The notes under the pieces are model-generated. The model saw nothing but the letters and a program-made list of their open reading frames with translations. It was not told the DNA's origin and ran no database searches. Below are positions 1 to 11,445 of a stretch of DNA of 248,000 nt, piece after piece. Source of the DNA: Andalucia godoyi And28 (Eukaryota > Protista > Jakobida); the NCBI GenBank assembly GCA_009859145.1, contig VRVR01000021.1:20001-268000 (forward strand), read 5' to 3'. Each line of letters begins with the position of its first letter. The first letter of the stretch is position 1. Made by a program: the position numbers and the translations under genes.

Positions 1-1317
1 AACCAGCTGATGAAACAGAATATTTGTCGAGTAAGGCGCTAGAGCGTCTGTCTTCTCGTCCTTTGAGATGTGTGAAGTCTCATCGGCGTTTGAATCCGAT
101 AAAGACCGCAGTGCCAGTTTAATGACTGCAAATCCAAAAAAGGCGGTTGCAACACTCCAAACAGTTACTACCAATGCTGCCAAAAGCTGGATACCGAATT
201 GCTTGCCTCTCCCCCGCTCCGCCACAAAGTTGGCAACGGAATCGCCATACGTCAACCTCAGGTTGGAGTCTGTCCAAAACAGTCCAGACCCGAGCAAGCC
301 CCAAACCCCGCAAGGAAAATGCACAGAAGCTGCCTCCACGGGATCGTCGATGCCATAGTGCTGGATGGCGCACGACGAGACGAGATAGATGAGGCCGCCA
401 ATGAAACCAAGCAAAAATGCAGCCCACAGAGGGACTACTGCAGCGCCAGAAGTAATAGAAACTAGCCCTGCCAGCAGTCCATTAAGAGTGCATTCGACTA
501 AGAACTTTCCAGTCATGATTCTCATCGCAAGCAGCGCAGAAACGCCGCCAGAAACCCCAGAAAGCAGCGTAGTTACAGACACACGAGCCGCCAAAGTCGC
601 CCGCTCACCAGAAACCTGAATCAAAGATCCTGTGTTGAAAAAAAACCAACCAACAACAAGAATCATTGTCCCGAGTGTCTGGAATGTCAGTTGCGTGGTC
701 CTGAACTTCGTCAAGGAGAATAAATGGACTCTCGACAACGGTGTGGTTGACGAAGCAGTCCTCCAATTGGAGCGGGGACCGACGAACCATGCTCCAATGA
801 GCGCGGTGACACCTCCGAGAGTGTGTACAGCGCAGTCTCCAGCAAGATCGATGACACCCAGCGTATTTGAAGCGTCCATGAAAAACAAGCCCTTTGGAGC
901 CCACACCCAATGACTGACCATGGCATAGACAAACAAGGACATGTACGCCGAAAAGAGTGCATAGGCAACAAAGCGCGCTCGCTCAGCCATCGCCCCGCTC
1001 ACAATGCTCGTCGTGGTTGCACAATACACAAAACTTTGAAGCCACTGCTCGTACTGATTGCGCGAAATATCAAAAACCAGAGATGAAGACCATCCAAAGA
1101 TCCTGTTCGAAGAGTCGTCGTCTCCAGCAAAGAATGCATACCCGAGAAACCACCATGTGATCACGCCCGAGCACATTTGTACAATATTCTTGAGAATCAC
1201 ATTTCGAATGTGTACTCGAGAACAAGCGATTTCACAAAGCGTGAAACCAGACTGCATCAACAAAACCATGAACGCACAGATGAGAACATAGATGGTGTCC
1301 AACGAAGTGTCTGTCAT
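1..1317 (-). CDS. amt: Ammonium transporter (Amt/Mep family); open at the window start
   Basis: Not in the ORF track because it runs off the window. My translation from the ATG at 1317 gives MTDTSLDTIYVLICAFMVLLMQSGFTLCE, TTSIVSGAMAER, DLAGDCAVHTLGG and GIDDPVEAASVHFPCGVWG, all Amt motifs. Confidence 0.92.
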   Translation of the reverse strand, partial: MTDTSLDTIYVLICAFMVLLMQSGFTLCEIACSRVHIRNVILKNIVQMCSGVITWWFLGYAFFAGDDDSSNRIFGWSSSLVFDISRNQYEQWLQSFVYCATTTSIVSGAMAERARFVAYALFSAYMSLFVYAMVSHWVWAPKGLFFMDASNTLGVIDLAGDCAVHTLGGVTALIGAWFVGPRSNWRTASSTTPLSRVHLFSLTKFRTTQLTFQTLGTMILVVGWFFFNTGSLIQVSGERATLAARVSVTTLLSGVSGGVSALLAMRIMTGKFLVECTLNGLLAGLVSITSGAAVVPLWAAFLLGFIGGLIYLVSSCAIQHYGIDDPVEAASVHFPCGVWGLLGSGLFWTDSNLRLTYGDSVANFVAERGRGKQFGIQLLAALVVTVWSVATAFFGFAVIKLALRSLSDSNADETSHISKDEKTDALAPYSTNILFHQLV

Positions 1318-1847
1318 CTTCTTCCTTCTTCTTCTCTGAAAATACTGCAAGCACAACTGCAACAGCAGCAACAACGGAAATGTTGCAGATCTGGAATTTT
1401 AGGGAAAGGCTGTGTACAGCCGAATCAAAATTATGAAATGTAAATTTAAACAAGAAAAGAAGAAGAATGAGAAACTCCGTGGACGATTGCAAGAATCCAC
1501 CAAGAACGAATGAATGAATAAATGGGCAGAATGCTGAAACTCGGGCTTCTCTTCACGACTTGCGAGTTCATGACATTCAACGATGGATGTCCGGGCAAGC
1601 CGGACTCTCGGAGCCCTCGACGAGATTCCATTCCATTCCTGACTCCTCAACGACTCAAGCAAACACGCCGCCTCGGTTTTCGCTTCGTTCTACAGTTTTT
1701 CTTCCTGTGTCTTTTGTTGCTGGTGTTTCCTCTTTATATTTAATATCTGGGTATTTGAATATTAATTTTATTTTTATTGTTTTTTTATTGTTTTTTATTT
1801 TTTGTTTTATTAAATTAAATTAATGAATAATTATATTTTCGGTCGGT

Positions 1848-3068
1848 TTGCGTACGATGGACTATTCCGTGCTGCACCGATCTTCCTCGAGTTTTGCGCG
1901 GGTGTCGTCCATCCTTACACAACATGGCTCCATCTTGACCCCGGCGTTTGTTCCTGTTTGCACCACGGGCTCTCCAAAATGTGTCCCCATGAGTGCGGTC
2001 GACGATTTTGATCTGGTGTTTTCAAACACATATCACTTGCTTGTTCATCCGGGTGCGAATACGGTTGCCGAATTAGGCGGCATCCATTCCTTTACTTCGA
2101 GATCAAAGCCTTTTATCACAGACTCGGGCGGTTTCCAGGTGTTCTCATTAAAGTACACGGGCGGGCGCGATGAACTGAAAGGTCGAACCAACAAACCGAA
2201 GCAGAAGAACATGGTGTCGAAAATCGATGAGGACGGCGTGCATTTTCGATCCTATCGTGATGGAAGACAGCTATTTCTCTCTCCGGAAGCTAGTATCAGT
2301 GCTCAACATCAAATTGGTGCTGATCTGATTGTTGCTTTTGACGAGCTCCCACCGTATGGTCTAACTCAGAAAAGGCTGCAAAGATCTTTTGATCGAACAC
2401 ATCGGTGGATGAAGAGGTCATTGGACTTTCATAATTCTTCGGCTCACACGAGCACCCAAAGGCTGTACGGCATCGTGCACGGTGAGACGAACATGGGTCT
2501 GCGGCTGGAGTCTCTTCGATTTCTGCTGCAACACAACTTTCCAGGAATTGCGATTGGTGGATCCGTTGGGCAAACTCGCAAGGAAATGTACTCCTTGATT
2601 TGTGGGATGAGATCGCTACTGCCCTCAGATCGGCCTGTGCATCTCCTGGGCATCGGCGATTTGCAGTCCATTGTACCGCTCATCCAATGCGGCGTTGATA
2701 GTCTGGACAGCACATATCCAACAAAAGCCGGTCGACATGGCACAGCGCTTTTGACCCCTTCCGTCGACTGGCTGATTTCCCATTCTCTGGAAAATTCTCT
2801 CGTGTCAGCTACGTTGGACGAACCAGCCGCAGGGAGACTCAACGAGCTGCATTTGGTGCTTTCCAAGGCGGAGCACCAGCAGTCCGCCGAACCGATTGAC
2901 GAAACGTGCACGTGTCCAGTGTGCTTGCGATATTCCCGAGGCTATCTCCACCATTTACTCAAAATGCACGAATCTGCTGGACAGTCATTGGTGACTTTAC
3001 ATAATTTACATATCATGAGAAATACCATGGAAACGATTCGCCATCTCATTCGCGACAACAAGCTTTAA
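1848..3068 (+). CDS. tgt: tRNA-guanine transglycosylase (queuine tRNA-ribosyltransferase), bacterial/Chlamydia-like type
   Basis: TPAFVPV, NTYHL, TDSGGFQVFSL, HLLGIG and DSTYPTKAGRHG motifs; Zn site CTCPVC...H. Confidence 0.95.
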   Translation: MRTMDYSVLHRSSSSFARVSSILTQHGSILTPAFVPVCTTGSPKCVPMSAVDDFDLVFSNTYHLLVHPGANTVAELGGIHSFTSRSKPFITDSGGFQVFSLKYTGGRDELKGRTNKPKQKNMVSKIDEDGVHFRSYRDGRQLFLSPEASISAQHQIGADLIVAFDELPPYGLTQKRLQRSFDRTHRWMKRSLDFHNSSAHTSTQRLYGIVHGETNMGLRLESLRFLLQHNFPGIAIGGSVGQTRKEMYSLICGMRSLLPSDRPVHLLGIGDLQSIVPLIQCGVDSLDSTYPTKAGRHGTALLTPSVDWLISHSLENSLVSATLDEPAAGRLNELHLVLSKAEHQQSAEPIDETCTCPVCLRYSRGYLHHLLKMHESAGQSLVTLHNLHIMRNTMETIRHLIRDNKL

Positions 3069-3109
3069 CAAGCTGTCACCATCTCATTGTGCATGTGGAC
3101 CTTTTCTCC

Positions 3110-5662
3110 TTAACCGTCGACATCGGAAGGCGGGGTTGCACTGCGGTTGACAGACGTAGCCACATATCCTTGGATCCGCTGCTTTTCCAGAGAGTAGAGG
3201 AGTTTTGCATAATCGTTTTGCATCTTTTGCACATAATCGGAGCCCTGGAAATTAACCACGTCGTCAAATTCCCGGTGAAGACGTCGAAGAAAACGCTCGC
3301 AACGCTGCGAAAACTTGCTGAGATCAGCGTATAGCGTCGCTCTCTGTTTTTCAAGTTCAAGTTTGTCAACGGACACGATGTCACGCCACTTGGATTTCTT
3401 TTCTGAAAATTCCGGAGAAGTGGTTTGCTTCAGCATTTTTTCAACAGCGTGCGACTGCTTCTTCTGCGACTCCATCTCAGCTTCGTCAAGGCCTTGCAGC
3501 TTGTTCAACACCTCTTCTCGGCTCTGTATATGCAGGTTTGCCTGGCCCCAGAGTTCCAACACTCGCTGAACCTTGTCTGCAAATTCAGGACGATTATATT
3601 TGTTCAGTAAACGCAATTTCTCTTGCGGCGGCAGGTGAAGCTGCGTCCATATTCTTTCCAGCGCAATCATTGCAGAGGCAAATTCCTGTGCATTGAGAAG
3701 GATCGCATTTCTTGCGTCAACAAACTCGTCAATTGTAAGACCGCCAGGAATATCATTGGTATCTCGAACGCTTTCACGAGCACCCGCCGGACCACCGGAC
3801 CCTCGCGAGACTTCTGGTTCCAGAAGCATCGGGCTTTGACTCCGAATCGACGGAGCCGAAGAAAGCGTGATGTCCTTTGGTAGTGACAGGAGCGGTAAGA
3901 TAGTCGATTCTGTGTCCTGCGCCTGCGGCTGCAGGGATGCTTTGGAAGTGTCTGTAAGACTGGAAATGAACTTCTGCGGTGCAGCTGGCCGCGGTTCATA
4001 AATATATTCCAATACGCGTTGAAAGCGCTGACGACCTCCATACATGCTCCACAAATGATGTTTCTCCATTTGTTTGAGCATCCGATCCCGTTCCGTTCCC
4101 TTCAACAACTCCTTGCTTGCAATACTCTGGAGCGGTTGCTGCTGATAGCTTCGTATGCGAGTTCGCCACTCGTCAGCGTCATCCACTGTGAAGAATGAAG
4201 CATAAACTTGGATAACCGACATTAGTCGATCTGCGCGGTCCAAGAGCAGCACATCAGCCTCGTCCAACGATGAACCAGAAATGCGCTTCGCGTGAGCAAT
4301 TCTGAACACTTCCCTTGCGATACCAACAAACATTCTCGATATCTTTGTGACTACACCTTGACATGGATAGAAAATGCGCTCCTGCAAATCATGCGATAAA
4401 AGCGTTTCTGCACCCTTGATCCATGCTCGCAGTACACGGGAGTCCGCCATTTCCTGCTCCACGCCATGGAAAAAAGAGTGTTTGGATGCCAGAAACACAG
4501 GATGGTCGGCAATCACCGCGAGATGGTCCAGAAGCTCTTCTCGAATACGCTCAGAATCTACGACTTCCATAGTTTGCGATGCTTTGCACAGAGAAACGAT
4601 TCGGGCCTCGAGACTAGAAAGGAGAGAATCAATGGCAGAAAATGATTCAAGGCGGCCGCGATCGAATTTCACATGCGCAGTGGGAGTCGCACACCGAAGG
4701 AACGATGCTTCAGACTCGGTTGCCAGTTCCGTGGATGGCGCCAGACCACCAGGCCGACATGGTCGAACTTTGACAAGAGACGACAATATCAGAGATTCTG
4801 AAAGTGTGTGACTGGAGGAGCGATTCGTAGAAGACATTGAACGATTCGACTTTGGTGAGACTGCACCAGATCCAGATCCACTGAGGATCGCTGAAGAATT
4901 AAGGATTCTAGAGACTTCTGAGTCCGGCTGCTCGTGATTCGGTATCGACACGTCCACTGGCTTTTCAGAAGTGCTACCCAGCTTCGCGGGTGCGGTCTTT
5001 AGATGCGGTTCGGATGCCAAACCGTCTCGGCTTGCGACGTCTATACCCGCTGCCGCGCCAGCTCTGCCCGTCTCCAGTTCTGCATTCCTTTGTCTGGCGG
5101 AGTCCACAGCGAAAAACACAGAATTGGTACGTAGTGATTTGGAACTTGCTCTTCTCAACATGGTACCTCGTCGTTCTTTAGCCGATTCGCGCTCTTCCAC
5201 TGCTTTCGCCGTCTGCCTATCCTTCTCAAGTGCTTGTATGTGAATGGCGTCCAACTTCTCCTCTAGAGACGACGTTGCTCCATGGCTTCCAGCGTTGGAG
5301 TGTAGTCTGTGTTCCCTCCCACTCAACGAGCCCATCACATACGAATTTGGATCTCCCGAAAATGCAACGGACCTGGCACGGGACAGGTCATCCGCTCCGC
5401 CCTTGGACATGTAGTCATTCACCACCCTCCGTTCTATAGAATCAATGTCAATCTCTCTCCTGATTGCTGCCCGAAGAGCAGACTCTGCGCGCAGCTGGTT
5501 GACTTTCTGAGAAAACACGCCTCGTGAATTCCAGTCCGAGAGCTTCCGCTGGTGCTTCAGAACGAGCGAGTGTTTCGCAGAATCCAGAGTCCTTACTAAC
5601 GCACTGTTGATCGCCCGATGATCTGCAGGTGTCAACGCCATTCTCAAAAACTCCCCAAGCAA
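3110..5662 (-). CDS. Coiled-coil protein with a CCDC87-like (MAP65/ASE1-related) C-terminus
   Basis: 850-aa ORF; C-terminal LERIWTQLHLPPQEKLRLLNKY segment resembles the CCDC87 family. Confidence 0.45.
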   Translation of the reverse strand: MLGEFLRMALTPADHRAINSALVRTLDSAKHSLVLKHQRKLSDWNSRGVFSQKVNQLRAESALRAAIRREIDIDSIERRVVNDYMSKGGADDLSRARSVAFSGDPNSYVMGSLSGREHRLHSNAGSHGATSSLEEKLDAIHIQALEKDRQTAKAVEERESAKERRGTMLRRASSKSLRTNSVFFAVDSARQRNAELETGRAGAAAGIDVASRDGLASEPHLKTAPAKLGSTSEKPVDVSIPNHEQPDSEVSRILNSSAILSGSGSGAVSPKSNRSMSSTNRSSSHTLSESLILSSLVKVRPCRPGGLAPSTELATESEASFLRCATPTAHVKFDRGRLESFSAIDSLLSSLEARIVSLCKASQTMEVVDSERIREELLDHLAVIADHPVFLASKHSFFHGVEQEMADSRVLRAWIKGAETLLSHDLQERIFYPCQGVVTKISRMFVGIAREVFRIAHAKRISGSSLDEADVLLLDRADRLMSVIQVYASFFTVDDADEWRTRIRSYQQQPLQSIASKELLKGTERDRMLKQMEKHHLWSMYGGRQRFQRVLEYIYEPRPAAPQKFISSLTDTSKASLQPQAQDTESTILPLLSLPKDITLSSAPSIRSQSPMLLEPEVSRGSGGPAGARESVRDTNDIPGGLTIDEFVDARNAILLNAQEFASAMIALERIWTQLHLPPQEKLRLLNKYNRPEFADKVQRVLELWGQANLHIQSREEVLNKLQGLDEAEMESQKKQSHAVEKMLKQTTSPEFSEKKSKWRDIVSVDKLELEKQRATLYADLSKFSQRCERFLRRLHREFDDVVNFQGSDYVQKMQNDYAKLLYSLEKQRIQGYVATSVNRSATPPSDVDG

Positions 5663-5774
5663 CCAACCCCCTAATGAATTATGAAATAAATAATAATAGC
5701 AATACCAAAAACGATAATGATGGTAATCGCTTCCTGCTTTTGCTTTGCTTTTTTTTTCTTTCCACCGTCAACAT

Positions 5775-6200
5775 GAATGAAAACCGTTGAAATAATAACG
5801 CGTATTGTGATGCATACGGAAGGATAAACAAACAGACATGGTCGACACTGGCCGACACCAGCACGCTTGTTTCACAGGAATTCGTGCTTACGCACGCTCG
5901 GCCAAAATTCAGCGGGTGACACAGGCTCCGCACTTTCGACACTCTTTAACGCAGCATCCATAGCCATCTATTCTATCATTCGTTGGTTTCACTTTTTTAA
6001 TTCAAATATGGGCGTGAGTGCGCTGGGATGACGCATTCGCCTACGCCTACGCCGCTCGATACAGGGCCTCCTAGGTCCCGCAGACCTACTAAGAGACCAC
6101 GTGTCACTACGCCTACCGCCTCTTCCTCTCGTATCTCCAGGTGCATCAATCGCTGCAACTGAAGACACGAAAGCGCCTGCTGCTAGGGCCGTCAGAGTCG
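5775..6200 (+). repeat. Dispersed repeat family A, copy
   Basis: Near-identical to 222203-222650; the spurious ORFs at 5989 and 222434 share the peptide GRGGRRSDT.SL.RSAGPRRPCIERRRRRRMRHPSALTPI. Confidence 0.85.
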
Positions 6201-6723
6201 AAATCATCCTCTCTTCCACGATATTGTTCCAATATATCTCGTTTTGATTTGGCTTGCTGTCGTCGTCCACAATTCGGATTTGCTAAAAAGCTGCAGTGTA
6301 TCCGCACTTCGTTTTAGCAACGATTCTACAAGAGCGCCCAACTTTCGCGAGCTTTCTGCGCGAACTCTGTCGGCGCACGCACTTGCGTGTTGGGGACCTG
6401 CGCCCCCCCGGACCCACAAGACGATCGATTGTCATGTAGCGTTGCAACAGTACCAATTAGAATCTCCGTAGTGATGTGTCGAGGGCCTGCCCTCGTATGT
6501 ATAGTATGTTTAATTAATTCCGCATTGTCTGGCAACATTTTAAAACAAGAGATGAGCAATGACAATGGTAGCATGAAGAAGTGAATGCGCAGGCGCGACC
6601 GTGCATCATTTATAATTCTCGAGGATCGCGTGCAAAACATGGAAAATGAATAGAAGAAACAACTGCAATAATGTCCGCAGTTTTCGCATCATTGTCCGAC
6701 TCCCCGTCAATCGTATTCACGGC

Positions 6724-7614
6724 TCAGCTCGATCCGCAGTAGAAAAATCCATCGAGAGGAGTGTGTAGATAGTCGAGATGGTCTGGGATGGAGTCGTCGA
6801 TGTGCGCATCCGAACAGTGCTCGTCTTCCCCCAGCATGCACTGAACCACGCTGGAAAAGTCTTCATTGTAGAACATCTCCACGCCTCCGTGAATATACGA
6901 AATCGACGCGGAAAGTGTCGGAGGAACATGTGGAACAATATCCTTGTTGTGAACCAATCGGTAATACGACGTCAACTGCTGTTCGGACCATTCCGCAAAT
7001 GCAGCATTTCCGACACGTGGCTGACCATAGTTGTAAACATTCACTCTCCGGTTGATCGCCGCCGCAATCTTTGGATCGGTCATCAACTCCAGGCAAGCAA
7101 TTTGTGCACAGGCCGCACCCAGGGAATGTCCCATACAAGTCAGTTCAAACTCGAATCCTGCTGCGTATTTGTCGATGAGCTTGCCGAGGGATGCGACAGC
7201 CTGAGAATTCACCGACATGTACGACTCGTAAAAACCTTCATGAATCATCATGCCCGGTGCAGAATTCGGTCGATACGGTATCTGCTTGAATTCCAAATCG
7301 TCAATCCAATCCCTGACAGAATAAGTCCCTCGAAAAACGACAGACAGCGAAACGCTGTTTGTGTCGCGATTGACAAACACCCCCGTGTATCCGTGCAGAT
7401 CGTTACTCGATGCATACAGAATGGAGTCCATGATGAACATGGAAACCTCATCCGCCTTGCATTGATGACAAGAAAACGAGGCAATATCGCTGTCTGGACA
7501 GTATGCAAGTCCGCTCAGAATTGCGCCTGCTTTCGCCAAACGCGGATCGTACGGCGCATAGCTTGCTTGGCAAGACACTACACAGAGTAGCAATATTGAG
7601 AAAAATATCCGCAT
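6724..7614 (-). CDS. Secreted class 3 lipase
   Basis: Signal peptide MRIFFSILLLCVVSCQA; FRGT, HEGF, GHSLG, YGQPRVGN and DIVPHVP motifs. Confidence 0.93.
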   Translation of the reverse strand: MRIFFSILLLCVVSCQASYAPYDPRLAKAGAILSGLAYCPDSDIASFSCHQCKADEVSMFIMDSILYASSNDLHGYTGVFVNRDTNSVSLSVVFRGTYSVRDWIDDLEFKQIPYRPNSAPGMMIHEGFYESYMSVNSQAVASLGKLIDKYAAGFEFELTCMGHSLGAACAQIACLELMTDPKIAAAINRRVNVYNYGQPRVGNAAFAEWSEQQLTSYYRLVHNKDIVPHVPPTLSASISYIHGGVEMFYNEDFSSVVQCMLGEDEHCSDAHIDDSIPDHLDYLHTPLDGFFYCGSS

Positions 7615-7841
7615 GTTCTCAGAAGGTTGTGAGTATAAGACGAATAACAGGGAGAGAGGGAGAGAGAGGGAGAGAGGGAGAAGAAGAAAGAAGAAGAAGA
7701 AGAAGAAGAAGAAGAAGAAGAAGAACATATATCCAAGCGTCGATTTTCGTCACGCAAACCACCCCGTCCCCGACGGACTGGCCCAGATGCAGGTGCAGAA
7801 ACGGGTACAGCTGGCGGCAACCACCGATATCTACCGTATAA

Positions 7842-8051
7842 CCCTCCAACCCAAAACGTCTGGTGGATGGCTGTGACGAAAACATAGGTTGCTTCTGTTT
7901 TTTGGGGTGCGCAGACCCATGGATGTCCCACTCAAAAGGGGGAACTCATTGGATGGGCGCTGATGCAGATTTACAACGGCCCTTTACGCCAAATAATCTG
8001 TCTGAGGCGCAGCATGCGAGACAAGTGTTTGGAAAGGTTTGGGTTGGAGGA
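7842..8051 (-). mobile_element. Repeat family C, MITE-like element with inverted repeats (short, internally deleted copy)
   Basis: Starts ccctccaacccaaa and ends tttgggttggagg; interior is the reverse complement of parts of 83096-83486. Confidence 0.7.
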
Positions 8052-8085
8052 TAGTGCCTAACAGAATACATTTTTGGTGCCGAGT

Positions 8086-11000
8086 TTAAACACTCTCTGG
8101 TTCGTCAGGACGAACAGAAGTTGTGCAGGATAGACGACTCAGGGATAGAACTCTCATTTCATCCAACACGGAATACAAAGTTGATTTCCGCCTGCGACTG
8201 TTTCTCCTGGCAAGGACCTCCCCCGACTCAGCAACACTCGGTGACCGTAATTCTGCCACGAAATCTTTAAGAGACAACATCGGAGAGCTGATCGACAGCT
8301 TGGATCGAGATTGAAATCCGGAACGCGGTGGGAATTCCGCATCGAGCCCCTGTAAACGAATTTGAACATACGGCAAATGATACAGCGAATCGACGACCTG
8401 CAAGGATACGAGGACAGCGGAAAACAAGCGATACGTAGACCCGTTCCAGCGTAGAGACATGGATGTACTGTCAAAGTTCGTTGCATCGTCTAAAACAATG
8501 TCGCCCTTCAGACGGAACTCGGGAACCAACACAGACAGCTTGCTCACGGATACTGCAAAAACCGTCGCGGGAAATACCTTGTCAGCAGGCACGCGCCTGG
8601 CAAGGTAACGAGCTCTGAACCACTCCGTTGCGTATGATTGAATATGCTTGACTCGACGATGCCGATCATTGATGTAGGATGCAAGCTCTGAATAGAATCT
8701 GCGGTTGGCAACTGTGCTTGTGTCATGTACGGACGCCGCTGGAATTAGCAGAAGGCGATGAGCAACGATATCTGCATACCGACGAATAGGCGAAGTAAAA
8801 TGGGTGTACAGAGGTACTCCAAGCCCGTAATGCGGCCACTCAAGCTTCGCAGTAGTCCCGGAACATATGTACTGCGCTTCGGACATGCACCGAGTGGCGA
8901 GTGCCCGCAGCAACCCGTGAGGATCGGAGTGCGCCTCGAGACTGGCAGAAAGTTCTTGCCCCGAAGAAACGTCAAAATGATCAGCGTGCAGTCCAACAAT
9001 CGCAATTCTCTGGAGCTCTAGCAGATCCTCGGCATCGGGCGGATTGTGATGTCGGAGGAACGCAAGATCTGCGTTCCGTGACACAAGCTGCTGGGCAACG
9101 TAGCAGTTGGTCTGAATCATCCATTCGGCGACAACATGATGCATCAAATCCGCGTCATCCTCGAGACGGCCCTCCGCACTTTCCAATACAAATTCAGCAG
9201 TATCGATTTTCTTAAAGCTGACTTCCTCCAAAGAATTCAATTCAAGTGCGCCGTTGTCCATTCGTGCCTGCCGGAACCGAGACGCATACACAGTGAGGTC
9301 ACGAATCGCAGCTTTCATGGCGGGGACGTGGTCCGGATTCAGATATCTGTATTTTTCCACGCTTTGTATTTGCTTTTCGGGCTGAAACTTGGTCCAAAAT
9401 ACGGACAGATCTTCACTCTCAAACATCCGCTGTGCTTGCTCATACGACAGCGCGTAGCGAGACCGGATGATGGTTCTTCCGTGCCATGATTCCAGAATCC
9501 TGCCAGTGGAACCGTCGAGAACCCACAGCACACTGACAGCTAAGCGGTCCGTATTCTCCAACAAGGAGCATGCGTTCGACGATAAAATCTCGGGAAGCAT
9601 GTGCATGCGCCGATCAATCATGTAGATGGTCATCGCTCGTTGACGAGCCTCATTGTCCAGCGCAGAACCCTCGGATAAGATTGCAGAAACATCGGCGATG
9701 TGTACACCTATTTCTACATTGCCGTTCTCCAGTCTTGTCACAGACATTGCGTCATCAATATCTGTGCAGGACACCGGATCGACGGAAAAGACAAAGTGGG
9801 ACTTTCTGAGATCTCTTCTCGATTCCACAATACTCTCTGGAAACTGAAAGTCAAAAGGTTTGCCGCTTTTCGCGCCATCTTGAATGAACTTTGGAATACA
9901 TGACAACGCCACGTCGGAGAAATCCTGCAATCTCACCTCGTGCTCAACCAATACCGCTTCCGATTCGGCATTCAAGTCATTAATCGCGCCCAACACCTTG
10001 ACCACAATGCCTCGTGGAAACTTGGCGCCCGCATCCCATTCTACAATTCGAGCAACGAGCCTTTGTCCGCGTAGCGTTATGCGAGTTTGAGGTGCCACGG
10101 TAAGTTCAATCGACGGAAAGCGACGATCTAAAGGAATGCACACAGAAGAATCCGTTTGTTGCGATAACGTCACCACCAAAGGCCTCCAAGATCGCTGTAC
10201 AATTCCTTTAACGTCGCCAGATTCTTTGTCCAGAAACACCACGTCGCCGCACACGGCACGATTCGGATTGCGCACTGCGTGGCCACTTACCCACGATTTT
10301 CTGCCAGATAAAGACACTTCCAGAGTCCCACGAGCAAATTGACCTTCAGCTACTCTCGTTTCGCAATACTCGGTACTGTAGTAGTCGGACGACTGCTCTT
10401 GACCGGACTGCAGAGCAAAGGCATCCTCGCTGCTCTCGAAGACAGAATCAGCGGATTCTCGCATCAGTGACAGTCTACAAATCACATCGTCTTCAAAAAA
10501 CCCATAGACGTACAAAAGGAAGTGATCAATGTCTGCAGCATCGTTCAAACCATGAACCGAAACGTCGGGCAAGTGTCGCTTGTAGAACGCGACCAGCGAC
10601 ACAAACCTCTTGATTTCGTCGTCCTCTTCCACAAACGTGTCTGCGCAGAAATCATTGGGAAAGACAATTCCAAACGAGACAGATTCGGTGTCCTTGAGGT
10701 ACGGAGGCAGCAGCAGGTCTCGAATCTTCTGTGCAGCACGAGATCCCGAGACCTTGCGAATTCTCGTCAGCAAGGAGCTAGGAACGACAAGCGAGAGCGA
10801 ATTTCGTACAAACCCGTCCGACTGATTCAGTCTCAAGCTGTCACAAATGAGCGCAATCCCGTCAACAAAGGCACGGATCGCCTTCGGGCCAACAATCCAA
10901 ACATGACTGGACCCGAGCACTGGAAGCGCATACAAATGACGACACGATTTGCAGGAAACATGCTGACAATCAATGTCCGTTCTAAGATGTCTCTCTTTTG

Positions 11001-11109
11001 ATACAATTGTCACGCGACCTTTCCGATTACGAATGGCATACGATGCACTGGTGGACATCCTGGAGATTCCAATGCGCCTGTTTTGCTCTAACAACAAATC
11101 GGAAAGCAA
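8086..11109 (-). CDS. DIS3: DIS3/Rrp44-family RNase II-type exoribonuclease
   Basis: N-terminal CR3-like RHLRTDIDC..SC..C; RNB motifs SVDPVSCTDIDDA and YTHFTSPIRRYAD. Confidence 0.85.
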   Translation of the reverse strand: MLSDLLLEQNRRIGISRMSTSASYAIRNRKGRVTIVSKERHLRTDIDCQHVSCKSCRHLYALPVLGSSHVWIVGPKAIRAFVDGIALICDSLRLNQSDGFVRNSLSLVVPSSLLTRIRKVSGSRAAQKIRDLLLPPYLKDTESVSFGIVFPNDFCADTFVEEDDEIKRFVSLVAFYKRHLPDVSVHGLNDAADIDHFLLYVYGFFEDDVICRLSLMRESADSVFESSEDAFALQSGQEQSSDYYSTEYCETRVAEGQFARGTLEVSLSGRKSWVSGHAVRNPNRAVCGDVVFLDKESGDVKGIVQRSWRPLVVTLSQQTDSSVCIPLDRRFPSIELTVAPQTRITLRGQRLVARIVEWDAGAKFPRGIVVKVLGAINDLNAESEAVLVEHEVRLQDFSDVALSCIPKFIQDGAKSGKPFDFQFPESIVESRRDLRKSHFVFSVDPVSCTDIDDAMSVTRLENGNVEIGVHIADVSAILSEGSALDNEARQRAMTIYMIDRRMHMLPEILSSNACSLLENTDRLAVSVLWVLDGSTGRILESWHGRTIIRSRYALSYEQAQRMFESEDLSVFWTKFQPEKQIQSVEKYRYLNPDHVPAMKAAIRDLTVYASRFRQARMDNGALELNSLEEVSFKKIDTAEFVLESAEGRLEDDADLMHHVVAEWMIQTNCYVAQQLVSRNADLAFLRHHNPPDAEDLLELQRIAIVGLHADHFDVSSGQELSASLEAHSDPHGLLRALATRCMSEAQYICSGTTAKLEWPHYGLGVPLYTHFTSPIRRYADIVAHRLLLIPAASVHDTSTVANRRFYSELASYINDRHRRVKHIQSYATEWFRARYLARRVPADKVFPATVFAVSVSKLSVLVPEFRLKGDIVLDDATNFDSTSMSLRWNGSTYRLFSAVLVSLQVVDSLYHLPYVQIRLQGLDAEFPPRSGFQSRSKLSISSPMLSLKDFVAELRSPSVAESGEVLARRNSRRRKSTLYSVLDEMRVLSLSRLSCTTSVRPDEPESV

Positions 11110-11445
11110 AAACGCAGTTCCGCAGCCTTCTTTGGACTTTCTACTGAAAGCAACATTGAGTCCAAGTCCCCTCCCAGCTTTCCCGGCAGTCCACTACAGC
11201 AGCAAGTCCGAACCAAGGGCGACTTCTTATGAAACCGTCTTTCCGCTCGCAATCGCGACACGGATGTTCTTCCGCATGCATTTTAACATGGATGTAGGGG
11301 AGGGTGGCGATGAAAAATTGCAAGGCGGAGATGATACTGAGGTTTATTCGGATTAAACGTGCAGCAGGCACAGCGGTGCGTTGAGCGATCAGCTCAAGAG
11401 GGGGAGGGGGGAAAACTGAAACGAAACGTTCTGTGAAAATGGAGC

